A DNA stretch of 64,000 nt, taken from Lytechinus pictus. Lineage: Eukaryota. Position 1 is the stretch's first letter; each line of letters starts with the position of its first letter. The position numbers and the translations under genes were made by a program. The stretch spans positions 8,062,001 to 8,126,000 of the forward strand of contig NC_087250.1 in assembly GCF_037042905.1 (NCBI RefSeq), read 5' to 3'. The notes beneath the pieces were generated by a model that saw nothing but the letters and a program-made list of their open reading frames with translations, did no database searches and was not told where the DNA came from. Shown piece after piece: positions 28,101-38,600 of the stretch.

Positions 28101-31100
28101 CAAGTTTCATGAACTAGGTCCATATATTTCTAAGTTATAATGACATTTCAAAAACTTAACCTTAGGTTAAGATTTTGATGTTAATTCCCCCAACATGGTC
28201 TAAGTTCATTGACCCTAAATGACCTTTGACCTTGGTCATGTGACCTGAAACTCAAACAGAATGTTCAGTAATACTTGATTAACTTTATGGCCAAGTTTCA
28301 TGAACTAGGTCCATATACTTTCTAAGTTATGTTGTCATTTCAAAAACTTAACCTTAGGTTAAGATTTGGTGTTGACGCCGCCGCCGTTGGGAAAAGCGGC
28401 GCCTATAGTCTCACTCTGCTATGGAGGTGAGACAAAAATAAAATCACTAATTATTGCCAAATTAGGGAACAAAGGTAGATAAATCTTGGCAATACCATCA
28501 TTACTTACATCCACTCGGATATCTGGATGTGAGAGTAGAGCTCTGACCATCATCTTCTGACCGTCAAATTTACACGCGAGCTGTAGAGGAGTTTGACCTT
28601 GATTGTCCTTGACATTCACCTGCACCTTATTAGCAACCAACAGTTCAACCAACTGAGCTTTATCCTTTGCCTGGTGGAAATATAAAAAGGTTTCATATCC
28701 TCAAATTGGCAATTCCAATAATAATAATCATTAAAATAATAACAATTTCATTTAATTGCATTTCATGTGATGGCCTCAAAATGCAGCGTTTCTCATCACA
28801 ATCCCTGAGTGAATGGGTGCACAGACATGGGGTACCATTTTTTTTGTTCAATCTGAAAATAACTGGCGGAGGTTTTTCCCAAAATCACATATTTCTTTCA
28901 AATTTTTGTGAGATTTTTGGCACACTTTACTCATAAGAATGATAGGAACATTATCAAATGAAAATTGTTGTGAAATAAAAAGAAATTCATGTTAAATCTT
29001 AACTTACATAGTTAGGTGTGTAGACGTGGGGTCCACCTTCACACATTGTTATACATCGTTTTTATGTATTTTTTCATATATTGATCTCTGAATGAAAAAT
29101 AAATGTCACTAGCCATCACCAAACCAACAATAAGTCGTCAGGGAAATTTCTCTGTAAAAAGCAAAAGATACATTTTGTACTAAAAAAAGAAAATGTAAAA
29201 ATTAGCTTATCTCAAAGAATAATTATTATTTGTCATACTGTAAAAATGTGAAGTTGTAAAGTTACATGTATATAAAAGATGAGATATATGTACAAGAATT
29301 TCTTTCACATCACTTTTTTTCGAGACTTCTTGGAAGTTCAATTGAAAGTGCAGTGTGCACATCTCACGCTTGAATGAAACATCAATCCTTGTTTTCTCCT
29401 AATTCTTCAATCAAGCAATTGTGTTAGCTTTTACTATAAATCAACTTTGACAAGTGATATATTTTTTAAAGCTTCGAATTATCCTGTGGATAACCGCTGA
29501 TCCTGCGGATAACCGTTGATCCTCGAATATGGATGGGGGGTGACAACAAAGATATGATGAGATGATGATGATTTTTTTTTTTGAAACTCAATAGGCTACA
29601 AATTTAAAAATTATTTTGGTTTTGGGGTGACTTACCTGCCCCTCTAGCCTAGCTTTGTCTCTGACAGCAAGGTGTATGGGCCTCTTCCCTCCTGCACCCC
29701 TCACATTAAGATCTAAAAACAAAGCGAGGTAACATGAACAAGTTCACAAGACACCTAGGCCCGTATTCCTAACTCAGGTTTAAATTAAACCCTGGTTTAA
29801 AGTTGTGGTTTGAAGGAGAATGAAACATTTGGAACAAGATAGCTTGTGTGAAAAACAGAAAAATCAAAGAAACAGATCAACGAAAGTTTGAGAAGAATCG
29901 GACAAATAATGAGAAAGTTATGAGCATTTGAATATTGCGATCACTAATGTTATTGAGATCCTCAAATTGGCAATGCGACAAAGATATGTGATGTCACTTG
30001 TGAACAATTCTTCCCATTACTTTAGTATATATTTCACTTAAACTGCCTCTTTTATCACATCTATCAGTAGATCATGTGTTCTTTCTATAGTGCATGTAAT
30101 ACAGATTTTTAAAGAATACAATGGCCCAAAATCACATAGGTGAGTTGAACCCATGGTTTATACAGAATTCACATGACCTTCCGATTACAAGGCGAGCATC
30201 AGAAAAACTATTGGGTTTGATAATGGACCCTGGGTGTCTTGTGAACTTGTTTATGTCGGCCCAAATTCACAAAGCTGGTTTTTTTTTAAACTGTCGGTTG
30301 AACCCATGGTTTATGCAGATTTCATGTATAAATTGTGCTTATTTACCGCATATTTTAAACAAATGTCCAATGCTGATGCAGGCTTTTGTCACAGTGTGCC
30401 AAAATTATGCCTGTTGCCATGGCTTAATATGCTATTTTATTCACGAGTCCACTGTTTGAAGAGTGAACTCATTTAATTAAGAACAGTGGACTCATGAATA
30501 CAATAGCGTACTAAACAATAGCAACAGGCATCATTTTGGCGCACTCTGAATAAAACGCGCATCAGCACTGGACACCTGTTATTACAGGTTAAACAAGTGC
30601 AATTTATACATGACATTTGCTTAAACCATGGATTCGACCGACATCAATATCATAGTTATTATTGGTTACATCCTACCTACATGAACTTGATGTTGGGTGA
30701 CGATAATCACAGTCCTGTATCACTTCAATATCACTATAATGCATCATATTCAATATTAATATCATAGGTACACTTACATGTACAGCTCTATGTCCCATTC
30801 GCTCCATGTTGAATGACAACACTAGCGTACCCCCCTGACGAGTCACAACCAATGCAAAAGACGTATCTTTGCCCCCCCTGACGAGCTTGAAGACCTTTAT
30901 TGCCCCCCTGACGAGCTTGAAGACCTTTTTTTTTTTTTTTTTTTTGCTTGTCAATTTTTTTCTGGTACGGAATCCTTTATTTGTGATCGAAGACCATTTT
31001 TTTTTTTTTTTTTTTTGCTTGTCAATTTTTTTGGCGGACGGTTTTGCCCCCCCCTGTAGAAAATCCTAGGTACGCCACTGAATGACAATGATGACTATAT

Positions 31101-34100
31101 TACATCATTGTCATTATCATAAATTATAACAATATCAAAGGTATAATTGGTTTTATAAAACGGGTTCAAGGATGTAGCCAATAGTAAGCGTGTATTCAAG
31201 TCACATGTTCTGGTTTAATTCTACGCAATCTCCTACCTGTGATATTTTGTGCAGCACTATGCATTTTGAAGGCATCATCTTACCCATAGTGCGTAAAAAC
31301 TGAGATGGCATCTGAAATACGCGTTCTTTCAAAGAAAAGGCTATCAGTACCAGCGCTTACTTAGGCCTGCATACTAGATATGTCTGTGATGTTTAATAGA
31401 AAGCAGGTACGGGTGTGACCGCTTCGTCTGTGCGCTCCCTAGAATATTTGGAGGGATTACAACACCCTTTCCACTACAAACTTACACTGCCGACCTGTTC
31501 TATGAAACAAATAATGCACATTTTAGAAATTGTGATGTTATTGACGATGCAGGCATCTCGGGTATTCGCAATAACATGAAAAGGTACTCGGTGCAAGTGC
31601 CTCGTGCCTTCACATATGGCAAATACCCTCAAATGCGCTGCATCGCCACAACAGACTCCTAAATATGCATTATTTGTTTTATATCATATCCTACCTGCCC
31701 CATGTCGGATGAGCATCTCAACCCAAGGTATTAAGACCTTCATACAGGCATAGTGGATAATGCTGTTACCCCTCCCATCTTTTGTGGCTATCTCCTTTGA
31801 GATCTGTTCCGGGGTGAGGTTCTCCAGGACTCTTTTGGCTTTCTCTAAATCAGGTTGCTTGGAGTTTACTAACTGGATACAAAATGAGAGAATTTTTTTA
31901 CATTCTTTTTAAAAATAAAGATTTCATTTCTTCAAAATAAAATCACAATAACCATTAATAATAGCAGCAATATAATAAATCATATACATTAGTAGAAAAT
32001 GAGAGGATTTTGTAAAAAAGAAGATTTTTAAAAACTGTTATTAATTTCACTACGCAGAAGTCACTTTGAGCAGTTCAATCTTAAGGTCTCAACGTTGGAA
32101 AGTTACAAATGCATAATTTCTATAACAAATTTACTATGAGCCAATGAGATGATTTCAGCAGCTAACTGTTATTCTAAATTTGTTATTGTATCAAGTTTTA
32201 TGAAACGGACCAGTGTCTTTCTGAGTTTGATGTTAATTGATCCCACCTAATAATCATATCTGATACACATCTGAAAAAAACACTCAATTATACACATACT
32301 GTACACACAAAGCTGCATCCTTATCTACGACGTAGTCTTGAAATACATTCCCATTAAAACAATGAATTATTTCCTTTGATTTTTTACAAAAAAATATATC
32401 ACATAGAAAATTTTGTGAAGAAATAACATGTTTCAGTCTTCCAGGCACTTCTGTTTTCAATATCTAAAACATTATACCTTACGAAGGGAGTTCCCCTCAT
32501 TGTAAGAAAGGAATGTACTCTTAGATTTGCATTTACAGTATTTTCTTCTCTTTACTGCACCATGAGTATCTTTTTATATGGATACCAGTGCATTTCCAAT
32601 GTCCATATCATTTTTATCATTATTGCAAGAATAAAATGTACTAAAATGTGCCTTTAGCACCTAACAAGGTGGATATGTGCGCAATATAAATACTCTATAT
32701 TATTATTATTTATATTAAGAAGGGAGTTCCCCCTCATTGTAAAAATATGTGAAGGGAGTTTCCCTCATTGAAAGAATAGAATGTGCCTTACAAAGTGACT
32801 TCCCTTCGTTGTAAAAGATGGAATGCACCCTAAGAAGGGAATTCCCCTCATTGTAAGATGCAACAAACCTTAAAGAGAGTTTACCTCATTGTAAGAATGG
32901 AATGAACTTTAAGGAAGGAGTTCCCCCCATTGGAAGAAAGAATATACCTTAAGAAGCGAGTTCCCACGGACTTTCCTGGCCAAGATTCTAAAGCTTGCTT
33001 TCCCGCCGGGCATCTCGGGCTCCGATTCCGACTGTGAACTTTCCGACTCTCCTTCGCTCCCGGAGTCATTGTCGGTGAAAGGGGGCGAGGGGGTACCCCT
33101 CCCTTCCTCCTCCTCATCACTGGAGTCTGTTGAGGAATCGCTTCGTTGACTCAGGTTCCACACTGCATGGTTTCGGAACCGCTGTGGGTACCGCTTCATC
33201 ATATTCTCGTAATTCCTTTGTTTGGTTTCAAGCGAAAGAAAAATAAATGAGGAAAACGTGAAATAATTGAATTCAATTTTATTCTATTCGGTAATACCAG
33301 GCCAGTCGGGAATACAACAACTCACGATAATAAGAATGAAATGACCAAATCCATTAAAAAGATTCATAAGTGGCTACTATAAAAAATTACCATTTAGATG
33401 ATTCCCCCCCCCCCCTGGCCATTGCGGGAAATTCAACGTCCTTCCAAATATGGCAATCTCTTAAATATGGGACATCGCTGGCTCTGCTGGGTGAATGGGA
33501 AATGAAGTTAGAGTCTAGATCTACCGGTATTGCAGTCAGACTCAGAGCAGAGGTGAATGGAGCTGAGCAAACACATCCGATTTTAGAGAAAAAAAGAAGT
33601 TGCTAATAATTATTATTTCCTGATTTCATTCACTTGTTCACTGCAACCACCCTGCCTATCTATGCAGTTCACTACACACACTTACAAAATTCTTCAAAAT
33701 ATCACTTTAGTTTGTAACCAAAAATAATTATTTCCATAAAATGTTATTTGTAATTTACTTTTCATAAAACTTGGGGATCATTTTTTTTTCACCAGAGAGC
33801 TCAAAAACTTTAATTTTGAACATTTTGTTGTTTAGGCCCTTTATTGGTGGTAAGTAATATTGCTTCAGAATTGTCAAAAAACAATCTCTTACTTTTAATT
33901 TAGAAAACAAAAATAATCAAAAGATTCAATTTACTTGAACAGAGCCAAGTAATGGAAACTGACCGTGTAAAAAAAAAAGGATTTGCCCCCAAGAACAAGA
34001 GAAAATTAGCCAAAATGCAACCTTATTTCACCACACAGGGAGTTCTAACACTAACAGAGAACAAGGTTATATCTAATCAGTTATATCATATCCTTGTTCA

Positions 34101-35640
34101 TTGAATGAGTTAACTATAGTGATAAGCAATAACAGAAATTATTTGGCTTGGTCTGCAGCTAAGAGCATATAATTAAAAAGGGGTTTGATTTAAAACGCTG
34201 AAATTTATTGCGCCGTGCGGCGCATCGCACAACTTGCCATGTCCGATGTTCAGCAAGTGCATCCAATATATTCCAAAATTTGGTAGAAAAATGTATCCTG
34301 GAAGCCGATTCTAGAGCCCATCTACCATATTTTAAATAGAATGGATAAATGTAACCATGGCAACAGACCTCATTCTTCCCGTTGATGCCAAACTCAGTGC
34401 TTAATTATGTAGAGAATCTAGTTCACTTTAGTAAAATTAGGCAGCCTTAAAATTAAGTTAAAGCAAGAGTCGAGTTGGCTCACTCACCTGCGCTCACAGT
34501 CACACTCATTTTTGCTAAGGCTGCTTAAGAATTAGTGAATAAGTATAAAAGCAAGGTGACCTCTTAACAACTCAACATGTGCTAATGCTATGCTGGGGGA
34601 TTTAGCGGAATTATATCGTGAAATTAGGAACAACCGTGTACTTCAAATCAATTCAGGGCATCAGGCACATGACATGCCACATGGTTCTTAATATTATTTC
34701 CACCTCCATTCAGTAATCATTCACTTTACTTTTATTAAACTTAAGACAAGTGCGCGCGCATGTAACTGTCTATAGATAGTATGGTAAGGGGTCCTAAAGC
34801 TACGCACCACTCATCGCGCATGCAATTCCAATGGCAAAATAAATGCGCACTCTAGCTCTGTGTGTGAAGCTGTGACGAACGATCCCTATTCAATTTTTCT
34901 ACAGAGGCTGCAATAAATCCTTGAATGCAGAGAAAACCAGCAAATGTTTGGAATTTCGGAGTTATATTCACTTTGATTTCATATTTTCCTATAATAATAC
35001 GGACATATTTTAGAAATTGAGGCACAGGAAATACTATTTCTTTGCATGATAAATTGAGTGCGTAGCTTTAGGACCCCTTCTACATCGGGCGGCGAAATTA
35101 AGAGGTGTTCGGAAAACACGGCGGGATTTTCGTATTAGTGAGTTTTGTGATATTTTCTTCTTGGTTAAGGATATTTAGAATATTTATTACAAATTAGTGA
35201 AAAATAATTGTTCAAATATTACAATTGGCATAGTTTTTATCATTTGGAAACAAAGTGCGTAGCTTTAGGTCCCCCCATCATACAACTACAAAACAAAGAG
35301 AATGTTCATAACCGAAATCACGATTTGGCCGATTTAGATCCAACATTTGCCCCAACATTCCTCTGCAGTTTGAATGACTGTATCACAGAATAGTGTTGAG
35401 TCTGTTCGATATTTGTGCAGAACAATCGCATGTGCCCTTATTTGGGATATAATAGCCTCCTCCTGTGCCTGTGGCAGGAATCCATCTCCATCGCCGAGCT
35501 CCGCAATGACTCCCCAGTCCCCGGCACTTCTTTTTATTCCAAACAGGATGACTGTCACAAATGGAAGCATTCCTACGTTTAGAACATGATAATGCTTATT
35601 TATCAATTAATACCTTTAATAAACGACGTACTTACCGCAT
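988..35640 (-). CDS. TRPA1-like ankyrin-repeat transient receptor potential channel (multi-exon, 3' part beyond left window edge)
   Basis: Manually spliced exons in transcription order: 35640-35636 (putative ATG exon), 33215-32948, 31872-31695, 29712-29636, 28670-28509, 25483-25262, 23594-23501, 20898-20655, 19155-18963, 17984-17890, 16772-16614, 13734-13620, 12873-12728, 12132-12017, 11343-11200, 10065-9965, 6222-6124, 4342-4022, 1143-988. All junctions are GT-AG with compatible phases, total 2895 nt. Ankyrin motifs (GQTPLQLAC, GLTPLHYAC, GQTPLHLSI) are followed by TRPA-type linker motifs (TPMRKLITTMP, VLDKCI, NHPIRLM, LLNHPVV) and hydrophobic TM helices. Confidence 0.88.
1401..2688. mobile_element. 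Helentron-like (HINE/DINE-type) non-autonomous element with internal about 150-bp tandem core
   Basis: AACAAG start, subterminal IR tgtctcgccc/gggcgagaca, terminal hairpin, (GACG)n near the end, insertion in an A-run; second copy at 21757-23085. Confidence 0.7.
4022..4342 (-). CDS. TRPA1-like exon encoding pre-S1, S1 and S2 (IQKDESKMLLNHPVV...LIYFIEF)
   Basis: cttttag| and TTT|gtaag; two hydrophobic segments. Confidence 0.88.
5046..5519. mobile_element. MITE built of CCGAAGGTTCG/CGAACCTTCGG subrepeats, copy 1
   Basis: 8-bp TSD GATTATCT; same family as 24802-25250 and 43473-44015, in inverted orientation. Confidence 0.85.
5590..5752 (-). mobile_element. tRNA-derived SINE; related copies at about 8840-8935, 10380-10505, 19690-19855, 49255-49325, 59990-60115
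   Basis: Minus strand reads gtggtctagtgg (A box) ... ggttcga-like B box, followed by a shared cacattgtgctgcactcaacc body. Confidence 0.7.
6124..6222 (-). CDS. TRPA1-like exon (DSNFYSDGRLKENA...NHPIRLM)
   Basis: caaaag| and ATG|gtatgt, phase 0-0. Confidence 0.82.
6685..7045 (+). mobile_element. 3' fragment of an L2/CR1-clade LINE
   Basis: APEYL...RNLRS...RFAVAAAKTWNAIP...FKSSLKT ORF2 C-terminus plus (ATT)n tail. Confidence 0.8.
7233..7822. mobile_element. TIR element carrying a captured copy of a host exon
   Basis: 14-bp TIR CAGACCTGCCAACC/GGTTGGCAGGTCTG, 6-bp TSD GGAATG; internal 7304-7484 matches 6029-6209. Confidence 0.85.
9511..9904. mobile_element. TTAA-TSD MITE (Kolobok-like); related copies at about 18002-18393 and 48040-48433
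   Basis: TTAA|AGAGAAATTCCAGT ... ACTGGAATTTATCT|TTAA; the three copies align by eye. Confidence 0.8.
9965..10065 (-). CDS. TRPA1-like exon (SRGNFADRGYG...DDAEES)
   Basis: ttacag| and TCG|gtaag, bridges phase 1 to 0. Confidence 0.7.
10640..11235. repeat. About 103-121-bp tandem array (5-6 copies) spanning the donor of exon 11343-11200
   Basis: Repeated atcttacta(c/g)gggttggtgaggtttgcatcc at about 10737, 10858, 10961, 11082, 11194. Confidence 0.9.
11200..11343 (-). CDS. TRPA1-like exon (GVCRFVLDKCI...DYELLEDWFSDW)
   Basis: TRPA VLDKC motif; tttcag| and A|gtaag. Confidence 0.85.
11628..12008. repeat. (GAT/GGT)n trinucleotide microsatellite
   Basis: Direct reading; intronic, begins about 8 nt past the donor at 12016. 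Confidence 0.95.
12017..12132 (-). CDS. TRPA1-like exon (MVAVTLLSQEKWRYLM...TPMRKLITTMP)
   Basis: TRPA linker motif; caatag| and G|gtaagt. Confidence 0.85.
12728..12873 (-). CDS. TRPA1-like exon (MTPLMYACKIG...GRNCLDHAIRNGHE)
   Basis: Ankyrin repeat; gtgcag| and GA|gtaagt. Absent from the ORF track but required to reconcile phases. Confidence 0.87.
13181..13590. mobile_element. TTAA-TSD MITE (Kolobok-like)
   Basis: TTAA|AGGAAAAGTCCACCCC ... GGGGTAGACTTGACAT|TTAA. Confidence 0.65.
13620..13734 (-). CDS. TRPA1-like exon (NSLGQTPLHLSIKKGH...IQDNKG)
   Basis: Ankyrin repeat; gattag| and GGG|gtaagt. Confidence 0.88.
13640..16195. repeat. 119-bp tandem array (about 21 copies, 14 nearly identical) spanning the acceptor of exon 13734-13620
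   Basis: tgtttgtcctaaac recurs every 119 nt from 14581 to 16128; about 6 more degenerate copies toward the exon. Confidence 0.95.
16614..16772 (-). CDS. TRPA1-like exon (SLLEFASW...DNSIMHLIAQGGHLDTAKAIL)
   Basis: Ankyrin repeat; catgtag| and CA|gtaag. Confidence 0.87.
17890..17984 (-). CDS. TRPA1-like exon (ELLNRFDD...ILLCAAKGQTE)
   Basis: ttgtag| and GA|gtaagt. Confidence 0.8.
18963..19155 (-). CDS. TRPA1-like exon (SHDKEVKL...LSLVLQ)
   Basis: ttttcag| and CAG|gtatgt, phases fit. Confidence 0.8.
19281..19673. mobile_element. Palindromic MITE
   Basis: About 180-bp inverted arms (tatagagta...tactctata). Confidence 0.75.
20655..20898 (-). CDS. TRPA1-like exon (VSPEDQ...STIMHTACKQGH...GLTPLHYACRG)
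   Basis: Two ankyrin repeats; tttttcag| and AG|gtatgt. Confidence 0.9.
20780..21575. repeat. About 166-bp tandem array (5 copies) spanning the acceptor of exon 20898-20655
   Basis: ctgg(a/g)cttactgaaaa at 20898, 21064, 21231, 21393, 21563. Confidence 0.93.
21757..23085. mobile_element. Second copy of the Helentron-like element, with a MITE inserted at about 22620-22780
   Basis: Same termini and core repeat as 1401-2688. Confidence 0.7.
23501..23594 (-). CDS. TRPA1-like exon (ILLAQNIYQKTVLHEVIKTGNEMLIRCCMLC)
   Basis: ttgcag| and G|gtaggt, phases fit neighbours. Confidence 0.8.
23657..24131. mobile_element. Cluster of short MITEs (ggggagcgtttcatc...gaaacgcccc family with a nested gggcc..ttgcagaaagagttgc element)
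   Basis: Same families recur at about 22620-22780, 47573-47733, 48558-48719 and 57102-57253. Confidence 0.7.
24802..25250. mobile_element. MITE built of CCGAAGGTTCG subrepeats, copy 2
   Basis: 8-bp TSD TCCTTTCT; lies 11 nt from the donor of exon 25483-25262. Confidence 0.88.
25262..25483 (-). CDS. TRPA1-like exon (QPVKFG...LLLKHGANP...NTPLYII...DMRK)
   Basis: Ankyrin consensus; tacacag| and AAG|gtaag. Confidence 0.88.
26155..28437. mobile_element. Helentron-like element (different family) with gacctttgaccttggtcatgtgacctgaaac core repeats
   Basis: AACAAG start, tgtctcacct / aggtgagaca subterminal IR, terminal hairpin, internal tandem repeats. Confidence 0.65.
26610..27545. mobile_element. 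TTAA-TSD TIR element (Kolobok-like) nested in the Helentron-like element
   Basis: TTAA|GGACGTTCCACAGTTA ... TAACTGTGGAACGTCC|TTAA. Confidence 0.85.
28509..28670 (-). CDS. TRPA1-like exon (AKDKAQLVELL...GQTPLQLAC...HPDIRVD)
   Basis: Ankyrin consensus; ccaccag| and GAT|gtaagt. Confidence 0.88.
29636..29712 (-). CDS. TRPA1-like exon (DLNVRGAGGKRPIHLAVRDKARLEGQ)
   Basis: tttttag| acceptor and CAG|gtaagt donor, phases 1 to 0. Confidence 0.85.
30820..31080. mobile_element. GC-rich-terminus MITE; relatives at 35920-36219, about 52990-53200 and about 1334-2818
   Basis: 8-bp TSD AATGACAA; the copy at 35920-36219 has TSD GATATCAC. Confidence 0.75.
31695..31872 (-). CDS. TRPA1-like exon (LVNSKQPD...GNSIIHYACMK...LIRHGA), ankyrin repeat
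   Basis: ttgtatccag| acceptor and CAG|gtagg donor; not in ORF track. Confidence 0.85.
32470..32966. repeat. Degenerate about 40-bp tandem array (about 7 copies) spanning the donor of exon 33215-32948
   Basis: Repeated ccttaagaagggagttcccctcattgtaaga variants. Confidence 0.8.
32948..33215 (-). CDS. TRPA1-like exon, acidic/Ser-rich N-terminus (SDSSTDSSDEEEE...GNSLLK)
   Basis: Acceptor caaag|G, donor AAG|gtatat, phase 0 into next exon. Confidence 0.75.
35636..35640 (-). CDS. Putative first coding exon of TRPA1-like gene (ATG CG|gtaagt)
   Basis: Strong donor CG|GTAAGT. Joins in frame to acceptor at 33215 giving MRNYENMMKR. In-frame TAG lies upstream of the ATG. Confidence 0.4.
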
Positions 35641-38600
35641 TGTAATTTGTAGCAATGACTATTTTGAACCTCTTTCGGACGTAATCGCGATTCGCGTCAT
35701 CAGCCGGTTGCCATCATTTTCGGGAGTCGGGACAGTCCCTAATTAACATAATAGACTTTCGCAGAATTTAGCCTGCGTTTAAAATGGGTGAAATCGACCG
35801 GGGATTGACGGTGACTTGTATGGTCAAACCACAATTGAAATTAAATATTCATTTCCTATTCACAGCGAAGGAGAGCATTTAAATATGTTATTGAAAACGG
35901 ATTGAATAAGGGATATCACCACTGGCAGATCTGGGGGGGGGGGGGGGGGGCACAGCCGGCCCGCGTCCCCTTCCCCTTTTGAGAAGCAAAACTGAAATTT
36001 GTAATGTAAAAATGCCACTAAAATAAAAGTGTTCGTGCCCCCCCCCCCCTTTTTTGAAAGTGAAGACCATTTTTTTTTTGCTTGTCAAATTTTTTTTCGG
36101 GGACGAAATATCCTTAATTTTTGGTTTAAAACCTTTTTAATTTTGGGCTTGTCAAATTTTTCCTCGGAAAAATGTGCCCCGCCCCCCCCCCTTTTTGGAA
36201 AATCCTGTATCCGCCCCTGGATATCACAGTGTGATGATGGGTGATGACTGCTATAGTTATAAACCTCTTAAAACGCATAATGAATATAAGTAAAACTTTA
36301 GCCCCCGGGTGGGGGCACCAAACTTTAAGCTTATTTCCGCCACAGCTATATCCGCGCATCTGATTGTGATATGAAAAGTAAACGATCGAGCTGATGTCAT
36401 ATATCTCACTTATATTGGATTGTTTTATGATGTTTATTCAAATTCAATCTATTTCCCCAGGAAATATATTAACTTCTCATGTTATATGTAAAGCATCATT
36501 GATGAAACTTAAGGAAACATGTTTTTAAACAAATGAAATAATAAAGTGTCCAAATACTGTATATTTAAATACTATTGTAAATTCATGAAGGGATTAATTT
36601 CACAATCTGAGTGCTAAGCACATGTTATATGTTTTTTTATTAGGCTATATCTTCAGACCTCAAGACGTACTATGGAATTGTAACTAATCAAGTTCATTCC
36701 AACTGGAAGTTCCAATTGGATATCCAGTTGGAAACCAAAACCAGTTGCCTCCAATTGGTTAACCGACTGAAACCAGATGCCTCCAATCGGATTCAACTGG
36801 TTTTATAATAGGGAAATTGGAACAACTGGAACCAATTGAAACCATTGCCAACTGGTTCCAGTTGCCCAATTTGTTTTAACTGGATTCAATTAAAAAAAAA
36901 AAAAACAGGCTTGCACAGGATGACCCACGAAAGCTCGATAGCTTATTTCCAGTGGGGTCCTCAATATACAGAATTAAGAAAATAAAATGTTAAAATTATA
37001 CTATTTACATATTAAAATGAAGAAAAAAAATCAGAATTTACTATTACCAATAAATAAGATATATAGACAATAAATAAGATATATACAAGAATATAACGAA
37101 GAAGAAGAAGAAAAGAAGGAGAAGGAAGAGGAGGAACAGAAGAAGAGAGGATTAGAAGGAGACGGAAGAAACTGATAACGAATTAAGGGAAATAAATAAG
37201 GAGAAGAACAACAGCATAAACGTGACGACAATAACAACAAGAAGAGGAGAATAGGAAGAGATAAATAGAATAAAATAGAAAGAATAGAAGAAAGGACATA
37301 TCGAAGCTTCAATCAAACTATGTAAAATACATAATAATACCTAGTATAGAGAAGAGAAAAGAACTAGGTCAGTATTCAGGCTAAATCAACCGTACAACAT
37401 ATCATTTGCATCTTCTTTTTGACTCTCAAGTGAAAGATATTCTTTCAATTTCCTCTTAAAATGCAAAAAGTTTCCTATTTCCTTTATATCATTGGCAACT
37501 GGTTTCAATTGGAACCAGTTGTTCCAATTTCCCTATTGAAACCAGTTGGCCAACTGGTTTCAATTGGTTTTGCTCTAATCGGTTTTAACTGGATTTTGGT
37601 CCTGGGATATTTAAACATTTTTGGAAATCGTGAACAAGGTCCTTTTCTCATGAAGTTTATTACTAACTCGGAAATGAAGTAGGGAAATGTCATTCAATAT
37701 GCAGGCAAACTAAAATGATTGAAGATTATTACGTACGTGAAAAAAGGGATTTTAAGAAAGTTTGGTAGTATCGAAAATGATGTACATAAATCAAATACAC
37801 GTACGAAAAGCGCTGGCTTTTTTTGATGCCCCTTACTTTCGTCAATTTCAATTAGCACCCCAAGTTAAAATTGATCAGTTTGAACGTAAGAATCATGTTG
37901 GTGCCCTTCGGTTTAAAATTGATTTGCGCACCCCCCCCCCAAAAAAAGAGAAAAACCCGCCGCGATAAGAGTTCAAGATCGAAACTCCCGTCAACTAAAT
38001 TCACACCCCTAGTTTTTGGTAAATAATGGTGCATCTATGGAGTGATCAATATGACTCCGACTCCCCGAATTTAAGCTCAATAATTTAGCCCCTCCTAATT
38101 TTTAAACCATTACCCCCTCCCCCCGCCTCCGAAGGTCGAACTTCGGCACCCCAATTCTTTAATTTGGATCAATTTTTTATATAGCAATGTGGCTCCAGTT
38201 AGAGATCATTGGTGCCCCCCTGTTAAACATCAAGTTATTGGTGCCCCAATATTCTCCCTATGGGATGTATAGTCATGCGAGTTGAACACTCAATTTGGCG
38301 CCTATCCAAGTTATTAAAATCGGCTCTCAAAAGAAAAATGTAAGAAAAAAATTATAAATAAATAGAAAGAAAAAAAATACATAGGCGGGACATAGGCGAA
38401 ATATATATATAGCAATGCCGTCATACCATCCGCCTTAATTATTCTTGTTTATCATTTCATATCCTTTTTTCACTTTCTCCCTTTTCCTCTTTTCTTCATT
38501 TTCTATCTCTTCTCTCGTTCTCCTTTTTCTTTCCTTTTAGCCCTTTTTGCGAGCCCCTAGCTTTCGTCTCCGGGGGGGGGGGGGGTGGGTTAAACAGTTT

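Noticed and set aside
37031..37312. Hydrophobic Ser/Leu-rich ORF
   Set aside because: Purine-rich low-complexity tract with no splice or domain support.
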